A stretch of 32,000 nt of DNA from Xylanibacter ruminicola 23 (GTDB taxonomy: Bacteria > Bacteroidota > Bacteroidia > Bacteroidales > Bacteroidaceae). Each line of letters begins with the position of its first letter. Within the stretch, counting starts at the first letter, position 1. The notes beneath the pieces were generated by a model. The model saw only the letters and a list, made by a program, of their open reading frames with translations. It had not been told where the DNA came from and did no database searches. The stretch spans positions 2,700,001 through 2,732,000 of the forward strand of contig NC_014033.1 of assembly GCF_000025925.1 (NCBI RefSeq), read 5' to 3'. The translations under genes and the position numbers were made by a program. This document shows positions 14,825-22,338 of this stretch, piece after piece.

Positions 14825-16491
14825 AGGTTTTTCCAATCTTTAGGTGTCATTCCTGTAATAGCCTTAAACGCTCGGAAGAATGTTGTTTCGTTAGTAAAAC
14901 CCGAATCTATATAAATGGTAGAGATCTTCTGATCCGGGAAATCACGCATCAGTTGCTGGGCATGCTGTATACGATAACTATTAACGTATTGAGTAAAGGA
15001 ATAATTCGTTGAGTTTTTAATGCAGTCGGATACATAACGGGCATTGGTTCTTAACTCACTTGCGATATCCAAGACCTTCAAATCAGGAACTTTATAAAGT
15101 TGTTTCTCTTCCATTAACTCTGTAATACGCTGCATTAACTGAGTATCAACATTTACAGATGTTGGTTGGTCAGCTCCCTCGAGTTCCATTCTACGTCCAC
15201 GCAGCTTTCTCTGTATAAAGAAAACAGAAGTTGCGATTATGATTAATACTAATATAACGCCCCATATCCAAAGAGGCGATTCCGCCTTGCTTTCTTCTGT
15301 GAAACGTAACAACCAAACAGAAGCCTTGGGCTGGAAATTTTCGTTTGGTCTTTTATCATCGATACCACCTGTTAATAACAGATTACCATCTTTTGTAAGA
15401 ACAGGAATGCTCAACATACCCGCATCTTTTGGCAAAGGATCAGTATAATAAAGCGTTAGTTTGGCTGGTATCTGGGCATAGTCGATACAGAGTGCATATA
15501 CACGGCGTGTTTTATCGAAACCTAATACATAACCACGATGATTCAAACGATCTGCATAAACCGGAGTTATATATTTAATAGTCCCCCACTGACTCTTCAT
15601 TGGGATAGGACAAATCGTTGGGAGAAGAGAAAAGATTGTATCACGAACATCAACAATCGCTAATTGGCCACGACTATTCTCAACAGGTACCAGATAACGA
15701 TAAAAATGCTGAGCCTCATCGCCGATAAAACTATCATCACTATGCTGAGAGAGGTCATAATGCAATGGGCGCCAAGTATAAAACAATGTATCTCTGACAG
15801 CCTCTCCATATAAGCGATCAACAATAATCGTATCAAGCGGTTCGCCATGCATATCATAACCTGCAATAATCATCGCATCATTGCCAGAAGTACGTAACAC
15901 ATGAGGCAGATAGCGCGATTGGGAAACGGCCTTTGCATGAGAGAACGAGGCCTTACCATCGTAAAGTTCTATCTCGTCATCAGCATACCAATTACCTGTA
16001 ATCAGCACCTTACCATCATCCATTTCTACAGCAGCTGCCGAAGCACGTTTTTGGTTCAGGCATCCGAATCCTTTGCAAGAATGAGTCATGGGGTCATAGA
16101 GTTCTACTTCATAACTCTGCGAAATGCCCAAGTTATCCTTAAAGCCACCCGCCAACAGCACTTTTCCCGACTTCATGACTATAGACATTCCACCATCATG
16201 CGAATAGACGGTAGGCAACAGATACCACTTATTGTCTTTAAGATATTCTGCAGTCGATGTCAACTTGAATCCAGATGTATGACCACCAACAACCGTTACC
16301 TCGCCATTCACTACGAAAACAGAGTGCCCACTACGTGGTATCGTCATATCAGGCAAACGTTCAGCCTCTATCTTAACCATTGGACAATGGTTTCCTGCAG
16401 AGATAGCCATTGCAGGTATTGACAACGTCAACGACATTATCAATATACATATAAGTTGTTTTATATTAACTTGTACACTTATAAAGCCCAT
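14812..16491 (-). CDS. Hybrid regulator: exported Kelch-like beta-propeller - TM - cytoplasmic AraC-family HTH
   Basis: Start set at the ATG at 16491 (MGFISVQ...SIPAMA signal-like; alternative ATG at 16437). Repeated Kelch-like units (GHSVFVVNGEVTVVGG, VLLAGGF, VLITGNWY), TM LWIWGVILVLIIIATSVFFI, and a C-terminal AraC HTH (YSFTQYVNSYRIQHAQQLM...SGFTNETTFFRAFKAITGMTP). The part of the track ORF upstream of 16491 overlaps genes on the other strand. Confidence 0.8.
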   Translation of the reverse strand: MGFISVQVNIKQLICILIMSLTLSIPAMAISAGNHCPMVKIEAERLPDMTIPRSGHSVFVVNGEVTVVGGHTSGFKLTSTAEYLKDNKWYLLPTVYSHDGGMSIVMKSGKVLLAGGFKDNLGISQSYEVELYDPMTHSCKGFGCLNQKRASAAAVEMDDGKVLITGNWYADDEIELYDGKASFSHAKAVSQSRYLPHVLRTSGNDAMIIAGYDMHGEPLDTIIVDRLYGEAVRDTLFYTWRPLHYDLSQHSDDSFIGDEAQHFYRYLVPVENSRGQLAIVDVRDTIFSLLPTICPIPMKSQWGTIKYITPVYADRLNHRGYVLGFDKTRRVYALCIDYAQIPAKLTLYYTDPLPKDAGMLSIPVLTKDGNLLLTGGIDDKRPNENFQPKASVWLLRFTEESKAESPLWIWGVILVLIIIATSVFFIQRKLRGRRMELEGADQPTSVNVDTQLMQRITELMEEKQLYKVPDLKVLDIASELRTNARYVSDCIKNSTNYSFTQYVNSYRIQHAQQLMRDFPDQKISTIYIDSGFTNETTFFRAFKAITGMTPKDWKNLQND

Positions 16492-16508
16492 CTGATAGGT
16501 TTTGGTTG

Positions 16509-16516
16509 CAAAGATA
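16509..16516 (-). promoter_or_regulatory. -7 promoter box (TATCTTTG) for the AraC-type gene
   Basis: Exact TAnnTTTG on the minus strand, 18 nt upstream of the ATG at 16491. Confidence 0.45.
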
Positions 16517-16580
16517 CGAAATAATTCCATATCTGAACAAAAAAGGAAAGATTTTCTTTTGTCCTGAGAATGTTTTTTTG

Positions 16581-16588
16581 TATCTTTG
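16581..16588 (+). promoter_or_regulatory. -7 promoter box (TATCTTTG) for the DUF59-lpxH operon
   Basis: Exact TAnnTTTG; only 8 nt separate it from the ATG at 16597. Confidence 0.45.
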
Positions 16589-16596
16589 CAGCGATT

Positions 16597-16917
16597 ATGA
16601 CACAAGAAGAGAAGACACAGATAGAAGAGCGGATTGTAGATGTACTGAAGACCGTTTACGATCCCGAGATTCCCGTCAACATCTACGACCTGGGAATGAT
16701 TTACAAGATAGATGTACAGGACGACAGTTCTGTTGAGTTGGACATGACCTTTACAGCCCCCAACTGCCCTGCTGCAGATTTTATCCTTGAGGATGTCCGC
16801 ACCAAGGTAGAGAGTGTGGATGGCGTAAAGGGAGCCAATGTTAATCTCGTGTTCGAACCCGCTTGGGATCAGAGTATGATGAGCGAAGAAGCGAGAGTTG
16901 AACTTGGATTCGATTAA
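16597..16917 (+). CDS. DUF59/MIP18-family Fe-S cluster assembly protein (SufT-like)
   Basis: MTQEEKTQIEERIVDVLKTVYDPEIPVNIYDLGMIY...MTFTAPNCPA matches the DUF59 signature. Start moved to the ATG at 16597, downstream of the promoter box. Confidence 0.85.
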   Translation: MTQEEKTQIEERIVDVLKTVYDPEIPVNIYDLGMIYKIDVQDDSSVELDMTFTAPNCPAADFILEDVRTKVESVDGVKGANVNLVFEPAWDQSMMSEEARVELGFD

Positions 16918-16918
16918 T

Positions 16919-17683
16919 ATGAAGAACGTATATTTCCTTTCCGATGCCCACTTGGGCTCGTTAGCCATTCCGCACCAGCGCATGCAGGAACGCCGACTGG
17001 TTCGCTTTCTCGATAGCATCAAGGAGAAGGCAGCAGCCATCTATCTGTTGGGCGACATGTTCGACTTCTGGTACGAATATAAATATGTGGTTCCCAAGGG
17101 CTACACCCGTTTCTTAGGCAAACTCTCGGAACTCACCGACATGGGTGTCGAGGTACATTACTTTACCGGCAACCACGACATCTGGGCCTACGAGTATCTG
17201 GAAAAGGAGTGCGGGGTGATTCTGCATAAGAAACCCGAGACGACTGAGATATACGGAAAGATGTTCTTCCTGGCACATGGCGACGGACTGGGTGATCCTG
17301 ATAAGAAGTTCAAGCTTATCAAGAGTATCTTCCACAACAAGGTCTGCCAGTGGGCCTTCTCGTCATTACATCCCCGTTGGGGCATGTGGTTTGGATTAAA
17401 CTGGGCCAAGCACAGTCGTATGAAGCGTCCTAACGGCGAAGAGCCTGCCTATATGGGCGAGAACCGCGAGCATCTGGTACTGTTTACCAAAAAGTACATC
17501 CAGTACCACTCTAACGTAGATTATTTCATCTACGGTCATCGTCACATCGAAGTAGATCTGCAGCTCACCAAGAAAGCCCGCATGATTATCTTAGGCGACT
17601 GGATCAGTCAGTTCTCTTATGTGATGTTTGATGGCGAACACCTGCTCCTTTCGCAATACATCGAAGGCGAAAGCCGCCCATGA
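16919..17683 (+). CDS. lpxH: UDP-2,3-diacylglucosamine diphosphatase (calcineurin-like metallophosphoesterase)
   Basis: Motifs FLSDAHLG, LLGDMFDFW, GNHD and AHGDG. The ATG at 16919 lies 1 nt after the upstream stop. Confidence 0.85.
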   Translation: MKNVYFLSDAHLGSLAIPHQRMQERRLVRFLDSIKEKAAAIYLLGDMFDFWYEYKYVVPKGYTRFLGKLSELTDMGVEVHYFTGNHDIWAYEYLEKECGVILHKKPETTEIYGKMFFLAHGDGLGDPDKKFKLIKSIFHNKVCQWAFSSLHPRWGMWFGLNWAKHSRMKRPNGEEPAYMGENREHLVLFTKKYIQYHSNVDYFIYGHRHIEVDLQLTKKARMIILGDWISQFSYVMFDGEHLLLSQYIEGESRP

Positions 17684-17716
17684 AAAAGCACTTCACTGCA
17701 AATTATTCGAATTTTT

Positions 17717-18040
17717 AACGTCATAACGTCATATTCATTATAACCATCTGACTTTTAGTTGGTTATATATGACGTTATGATGTCATATTAAAACACATGA
17801 TGTCATACAAGGTACATCACTGCATAAAAGAACCTATGTTTTCAACATGTTTCATCAGTAGAAACAAAGTGTTTCACCCTGAGAAACAAAGTGTTTCTCC
17901 TGATGAAACACTTTATACAACCTATCTCAATGTCATATAACAGCCCCAATATGACGTTAAAGAATTTAATATCATATAATATCATCATCTGTAATTTACT
18001 ATCTTACAGATGTTTACATCAGATATGACGTTATGACATC
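17717..18040. repeat. AT-rich repeat island bounded by 18-bp inverted repeats and filled with TATGACGT-type motifs
   Basis: AACGTCATAACGTCATAT (17717-17734) versus ATATGACGTTATGACATC (18023-18040) match 16/18 as an inverted repeat. Further copies at 17767-17784, 17797-17807, 17931-17938 and 17950-17958. No ORF of 60 aa or more. Confidence 0.6.
17848..17913. repeat. Three tandem 22-bp units, each TGTTTC-N7-GAAACA
   Basis: TGTTTCatcagtaGAAACAaag / TGTTTCaccctgaGAAACAaag / TGTTTCtcctgatGAAACActt. Hexamers start at 17848, 17861, 17870, 17883, 17892 and 17905. Confidence 0.8.
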
Positions 18041-18063
18041 AAAAATCAGATTTCAATGCTTTT

Positions 18064-18098
18064 AAAAAACTTCTTTACTCATTAAACGACTAAGAAGT
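18064..18098 (-). terminator. Possible terminator of 18137-18685 (weak hairpin plus T-run)
   Basis: Minus strand reads ACTTCTT-16 nt-AAGAAGT followed by TTTTT. The stem is only 7 bp. It lies inside the 56-bp repeat X. Confidence 0.35.
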
Positions 18099-18125
18099 AA
18101 AAATACTGCATCAAAATATGTTAAA
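18070..18125 (-). repeat. 56-bp repeat X (inverted partner of 19862-19917)
   Basis: The reverse complement aligns ungapped with 19862-19917 at 47/56 identical: TTTAACAT..TTGATGCAGTATTT...CTTCTT..TCGTTTAATG..TAAAGAAG. Confidence 0.8.
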
Positions 18126-18136
18126 GAGTATCGTGG

Positions 18137-18685
18137 TCACTTCTGGGGTGCCTTTAGGGCATCCCATTTGGCTTCATACTCCTGCTCTTTCTGGCGTACT
18201 ACTTTCAGGGCCCTCTTTCTACGCTGTTTAGCCTCAATCTTTGGGGCCACGGTCTTTTCGAATAGCCAGCCTAACATGGCTAACACATTGGGACCAGCTG
18301 GTACCACTTGTGGCAGTGGCACTTCCTTAGGGATTGCAGGACGCATGATGTTGGCCATCATCTGTTTGCTACGGTCGGTTCCATACACCACTACCTCGTC
18401 GATGGCATGCAAGGTTGGTATCAAGTAAATGGTATCGTTCTTCAGTTCATCGTGCAGCACATAACGGTGCTGGAACTTGGGATGACTCAGGGTGATACGC
18501 TTAAAGCTGTCGGGCACCTCAATCTCGCCATTCCATGGGGTAACAATCTCATCGCCATTATCAACACGAACCTTGATATCACGCTGCGGCGCTTTCGACT
18601 CTAAACTGGCCACCACCAGTTTGCGCTGAGCAAACACCTCAGAGCCCCACAACATTAACCATATGATCAGATACAGTTTCATCAT
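18137..18685 (-). CDS. Hypothetical exported protein
   Basis: Signal peptide MMKLYLIIWLMLWGSEVFAQ and a TACATTTG box 22 nt upstream. No family recognised. Basic coiled C-terminus. Confidence 0.65.
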   Translation of the reverse strand: MMKLYLIIWLMLWGSEVFAQRKLVVASLESKAPQRDIKVRVDNGDEIVTPWNGEIEVPDSFKRITLSHPKFQHRYVLHDELKNDTIYLIPTLHAIDEVVVYGTDRSKQMMANIMRPAIPKEVPLPQVVPAGPNVLAMLGWLFEKTVAPKIEAKQRRKRALKVVRQKEQEYEAKWDALKAPQK

Positions 18686-18706
18686 TTAGTCTTTTCAATA
18701 CGGGTG

Positions 18707-18714
18707 CAAATGTA
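18707..18714 (-). promoter_or_regulatory. -7 promoter box (TACATTTG) for 18137-18685
   Basis: Exact TAnnTTTG on the minus strand. Confidence 0.45.
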
Positions 18715-18808
18715 ATACTTTTCTGCATATCTTTTCAAAATGAAATATTATATTATCTTACAGATATAAAAATTAATGTAACATTAAGTCTTTTTGAATT
18801 AAAATATG

Positions 18809-18816
18809 TATCTTTG
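18809..18816 (+). promoter_or_regulatory. -7 promoter box (TATCTTTG) for the sugar kinase gene
   Basis: Exact TAnnTTTG, 19 nt upstream of the ATG at 18835. Confidence 0.45.
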
Positions 18817-18834
18817 CAGCGAAGTTATCAGATA

Positions 18835-19866
18835 ATGACCAACATGAACAGAAAGAAGATAGTAACGTTTGGCGAGCTGTTGCTCAGGTTTTCGAAGCCC
18901 GGACAACTGCGACTGACTCAGGGCGACCTGTTTACCAGTAAGTATGGTGGTAGCGAGGCTAATGTGGCCGTATCGTTGGCTACCCAGGGCGAAGATGTAA
19001 CCTATATTACCCGACTGCCTGATACGCCAGTAGGTCATGCAGGAGCCATGAGCTTAGCAGAACTTGGTGTGGATACCAGCCGTGTGCTTTATGGCGGACA
19101 GCGTATTGGTACCTATTACTTTGAGCCTGCTGCCGGCATGCGTGCTGCCAAGGTGATTTACGACCGTAATGGCTCGGCTTATTCCGATCTGAAACCAGGC
19201 ATGATTCCCTGGCGCGAGATACTGAAGGATTGCAACTACTTCCATGTGTCGGGTATCACGGCAGCCATCTCGCAACAGGCTGCTGATGCCACCTTCGAGG
19301 CACTCGACGTGGCCGATGAGTTGGGTATTACTGTATGCTTCGATATCAACTACCGCAAGAACCTTTGGAAGTATGAGGGCGCTGAGCCTAGAAAGACATT
19401 GAGTCGCATGCTGTCGCGTTGCGATATGATGTTTGGCGATGCCATCGAGTTCGACTGGCTGTCGCAGCATCCACAGCCACCATTCACGGCTACCGACTCT
19501 AACTTCGAGATGCAGATGAAGGAGTATGGCGAGTGGTTCGACGAGTTGCATGCTGCCTACCCCCGTGTAAAACACTGGATGATGGGTATGCGTAATATCG
19601 TAAGCTCGAACCATCACACCCTGACAGCCCTGCTTTATACCGACAATAAACTGTTGCAGGCACCTATCATGGATATCCCTGATGTGGTGGAGCCTGTAGG
19701 TGTGGGCGATGCCTTTATGGGTGGTTGGCTGCATGCCATCAGTCTGTTCCCCAACGACATGCAGAAGCAGTTGAATTACTCGTTAGCTGCCGCAGCCCTC
19801 AAGAACACCATCCCCGGCGATTTCAACCTCTCAACCGAGGAAGAGATTCTTGATGTGAAAATTTAA
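18835..19866 (+). CDS. kdgK: PfkB-family sugar kinase, 2-dehydro-3-deoxygluconokinase-like
   Basis: N-terminal IVTFGELLLRF and C-terminal GVGDAFMGG motifs of the ribokinase/PfkB fold. Start at the ATG at 18835 or 18844, downstream of the promoter box. Confidence 0.75.
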   Translation: MTNMNRKKIVTFGELLLRFSKPGQLRLTQGDLFTSKYGGSEANVAVSLATQGEDVTYITRLPDTPVGHAGAMSLAELGVDTSRVLYGGQRIGTYYFEPAAGMRAAKVIYDRNGSAYSDLKPGMIPWREILKDCNYFHVSGITAAISQQAADATFEALDVADELGITVCFDINYRKNLWKYEGAEPRKTLSRMLSRCDMMFGDAIEFDWLSQHPQPPFTATDSNFEMQMKEYGEWFDELHAAYPRVKHWMMGMRNIVSSNHHTLTALLYTDNKLLQAPIMDIPDVVEPVGVGDAFMGGWLHAISLFPNDMQKQLNYSLAAAALKNTIPGDFNLSTEEEILDVKI

Positions 19867-19917
19867 CATTTCTTGATGCAGTATTTGGCCTTCTTCATCG
19901 TTTAATGGATAAAGAAG
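19862..19917 (+). repeat. 56-bp repeat Y (inverted partner of 18070-18125)
   Basis: 47/56 identity to the reverse complement of X. Includes the kdgK TAA stop (19864-19866). Confidence 0.8.
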
Positions 19918-19936
19918 CAATAAAACGTGTACAAAT

Positions 19937-20623
19937 ATGAAGCGAATATTTCCATTATTTATAGTATTAGTAACGCTGCTATCATGCAGCCCTGGCAGCG
20001 ATATGCTTGAAACAGGTGACCCACATCTCGACCCTTCTGACCAACCATCCCTCGATTACACTTTCAAAGGTGTATGGATGGTTGACAACGTGAAAGGCAA
20101 CGAGACTTATATACGTACTGTATTAGGCTTTAAAGGCGAAAACTACGTAGCTTGTGCGGATTATCCTTACGCAGCTATCATGGAGAAATTCCTGCCTGAG
20201 GTAAAGGTGGCCAAGCTTTCGGCTGAAGCACCCTATGGCAACACACCAACACCCGAAGAAGAGCTTTGGATGCAGACCCTGATTGACTATCGAAACGGAA
20301 GTTGCCTGGAGTCGACCCTCGCCGTTCCTTATCGCATTATCGGCATATCAGATCTATCGTTCTATCTGGAGATGATGCCAAGCGAAACATATAGCACCAT
20401 ATACCTGCCATTTATCGTAACCAAGGATGACGGCACGCTGATGGCTGTAGTATTGACGATAGCACCTACCGAATCTACCGCTTTGCTTGATCGTAGTGGC
20501 GCATCGTTCACAAACATACTAACAGTAACGCAGATAGAAATCATCATCGACGGGCAGAAGGAAATTCAAACGCTCAATCCCACGATGCAGCTCAAGTTCA
20601 CCAGTATCGAAAGAGTTAAGTAA
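19937..20623 (+). CDS. Hypothetical lipoprotein
   Basis: Signal peptide plus lipobox (LVTLLSCS). Its stop lies 6 nt before the sigma factor gene start. Confidence 0.65.
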   Translation: MKRIFPLFIVLVTLLSCSPGSDMLETGDPHLDPSDQPSLDYTFKGVWMVDNVKGNETYIRTVLGFKGENYVACADYPYAAIMEKFLPEVKVAKLSAEAPYGNTPTPEEELWMQTLIDYRNGSCLESTLAVPYRIIGISDLSFYLEMMPSETYSTIYLPFIVTKDDGTLMAVVLTIAPTESTALLDRSGASFTNILTVTQIEIIIDGQKEIQTLNPTMQLKFTSIERVK

Positions 20624-20629
20624 AAAGAA

Positions 20630-21169
20630 GTGGAGAACGAACAGCAACTGCTATCAGCCATCAACCAAGGCGATCGTGCTGCCATGAGGCAACTCTACGA
20701 GCGCTACAAGGGCTATGCCATGTCAATCGGACTAAGGTATATAGCCGAAGTGAGCGACGTGGAAGACGTGGTGCAGGACAGCTTTGTGACCATCCTTACC
20801 TCTATCGGCAAGTTCGATTACCGAGGTGAGGGTTCGTTGAAAGGCTGGATAGGCAGGATTGTTGCTAATAAGGCCTTTGATTTTGTGAAACATCATGAGC
20901 GCATGACGTTTACCGATGTCATCCCTGATACACAGGACGAAGAGCCAGAGATAGAACGGATACCGCCCAATGTGCTGACGGCAATGATTGCCAAGCTACC
21001 TACAGGCTACAGAATGGTACTAAACCTGTATGTGTTCGAGCATTGCTCGCATCGCGAAATAGCCAATAAGTTAGGTATCAAAGAGAGTTCATCCTCCTCA
21101 CAGCTGTCGAGAGCGCGACAGATACTCACCCAAATGATAACAGATTACATCAAACGACACGAGATATGA
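20630..21169 (+). CDS. ECF-type RNA polymerase sigma-70 factor
   Basis: Region 2 (YERYKGYAMSIGLRY...DVVQDSFV) and region 4 HTH (HREIANKLGIKESSSSSQLSRARQIL). GTG start as in the ORF track. Confidence 0.85.
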   Translation: MENEQQLLSAINQGDRAAMRQLYERYKGYAMSIGLRYIAEVSDVEDVVQDSFVTILTSIGKFDYRGEGSLKGWIGRIVANKAFDFVKHHERMTFTDVIPDTQDEEPEIERIPPNVLTAMIAKLPTGYRMVLNLYVFEHCSHREIANKLGIKESSSSSQLSRARQILTQMITDYIKRHEI

Positions 21170-22338
21170 AGCAAGAAGAATGGGCCGAAAGGCTTAACAA
21201 CCACCTGAAAGACTGCCACCAGGAGCCATCGCGCGACTTGTGGGAGGGCATTGAGGCTTCGCTCGATAAGCAGGCTAAAGGTCAGACGCGCCACATAGCT
21301 CTGCGTCGTTGGATGATGGCAGCTGCTATCATTGGTGTGCTGTTTGGTGGTGCCTATCTGATGTGGAACAACGAGCCCGTACAGCCACAAGTGGCACAGG
21401 TTAAGGCTACCAATCATGCCGATAAGGAAGAAGCGCCCGTAGCCACCCAAGCAGATATCACCCCAGATGCAGCAGTAAAGGCTCCAGAGAAACTTGTTGC
21501 TCAGGTAGTAACAGCAGCAAAAGCAGTTACACAGATAGCAGAAACAGCTATGCAAACAGAAAGCGAAGTTCCTGAACCTACAGAGAAGGCCACGCAGCCC
21601 GATGAAACGGCTAACAAGCCCAAGGAAGATACACCAAGCCCACAGGTACATCCCCTACTGTCAGCAGAGCCTAAGGCAAATTCTCATGTGGAGCATCATC
21701 AGCAAAAGCCGATGCGCCTTACCATGGGCCTGTTTGCTCAGGGTAACACCAACGATATGAACAACAAGAATGCGGTGATGATGAACCCGCAGTTGATGCA
21801 TCGCGTGGCTGCAACGCGTGCTTTTCTAGCAGATTACGAAGAGCAAGAGAGTCACAACCAGCCCATATCGTTCGGTCTTTCTGTTGGATATCCACTCAAT
21901 AGCTGGTTGTCGCTCAGTTCGGGTTTGGTTTATACCAAGCTGAATTCAACCTTTACCACCCTGATGCCCAACCATCAGATACAGCGCCATCAGAAGCTCC
22001 ACTACATAGGCGTGCCCCTGAACCTGCAGGCCCACCTGTTGCAATGGCATGGCATCAGCCTTTATCTTACTGCAGGCGCCCAAGCCGACTGGAATATCAA
22101 AGCCGAATCGAATACCGATGGGGTGAATCAGGTGATGGACAAGGATCGCATGCAGTGGTCGATAGGTGGCAGTTTGGGATTGGCCTACCATATCATCCCT
22201 CAGCTGAGTCTGTATGCCGAGCCTGGCATTCGGCACTATATAGATAATGGTAGTACTATCAATAATTATTTTAAAGATAAACCTACGAGTTTCAATCTAC
22301 AGTTGGGACTCAGATTCGACTTAAACTCACCAAAATGA
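21166..22338 (+). CDS. Anti-sigma-like N-terminus + TM + Ala/Pro/Glu-rich linker + beta-barrel-like C-terminal domain
   Basis: ATGA overlap with the sigma gene. TM MMAAAIIGVLFGGAYLMW. The C-terminus has alternating-hydrophobic strands ending ...NLQLGLRFDL, typical of an OMP beta-barrel. Confidence 0.65.
   Translation: MKQEEWAERLNNHLKDCHQEPSRDLWEGIEASLDKQAKGQTRHIALRRWMMAAAIIGVLFGGAYLMWNNEPVQPQVAQVKATNHADKEEAPVATQADITPDAAVKAPEKLVAQVVTAAKAVTQIAETAMQTESEVPEPTEKATQPDETANKPKEDTPSPQVHPLLSAEPKANSHVEHHQQKPMRLTMGLFAQGNTNDMNNKNAVMMNPQLMHRVAATRAFLADYEEQESHNQPISFGLSVGYPLNSWLSLSSGLVYTKLNSTFTTLMPNHQIQRHQKLHYIGVPLNLQAHLLQWHGISLYLTAGAQADWNIKAESNTDGVNQVMDKDRMQWSIGGSLGLAYHIIPQLSLYAEPGIRHYIDNGSTINNYFKDKPTSFNLQLGLRFDLNSPK

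Noticed and set aside
16492-17040. The upstream 183 codons of the 742-aa track ORF 14812-17040
   Set aside because: This part overlaps the well-supported DUF59 and lpxH genes on the opposite strand. It lies upstream of a TATCTTTG box (16509-16516), and its translation has no domain character. The real gene most likely starts at 16491 with a signal-like peptide.
17998-18011. 12-nt match TATCTTACAGAT shared with 18753-18766
   Set aside because: Dozens of exact 12-mer coincidences are expected by chance in a 32-kb AT-biased window when both strands are considered.
17700-18045. Target-site duplication flanking the 17717-18040 inverted repeats
   Set aside because: The flanks are ATTTTTA on the left and AAAAATC on the right. 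They are complementary rather than direct repeats, so there is no clear TSD, and the MITE interpretation stays only a hypothesis.
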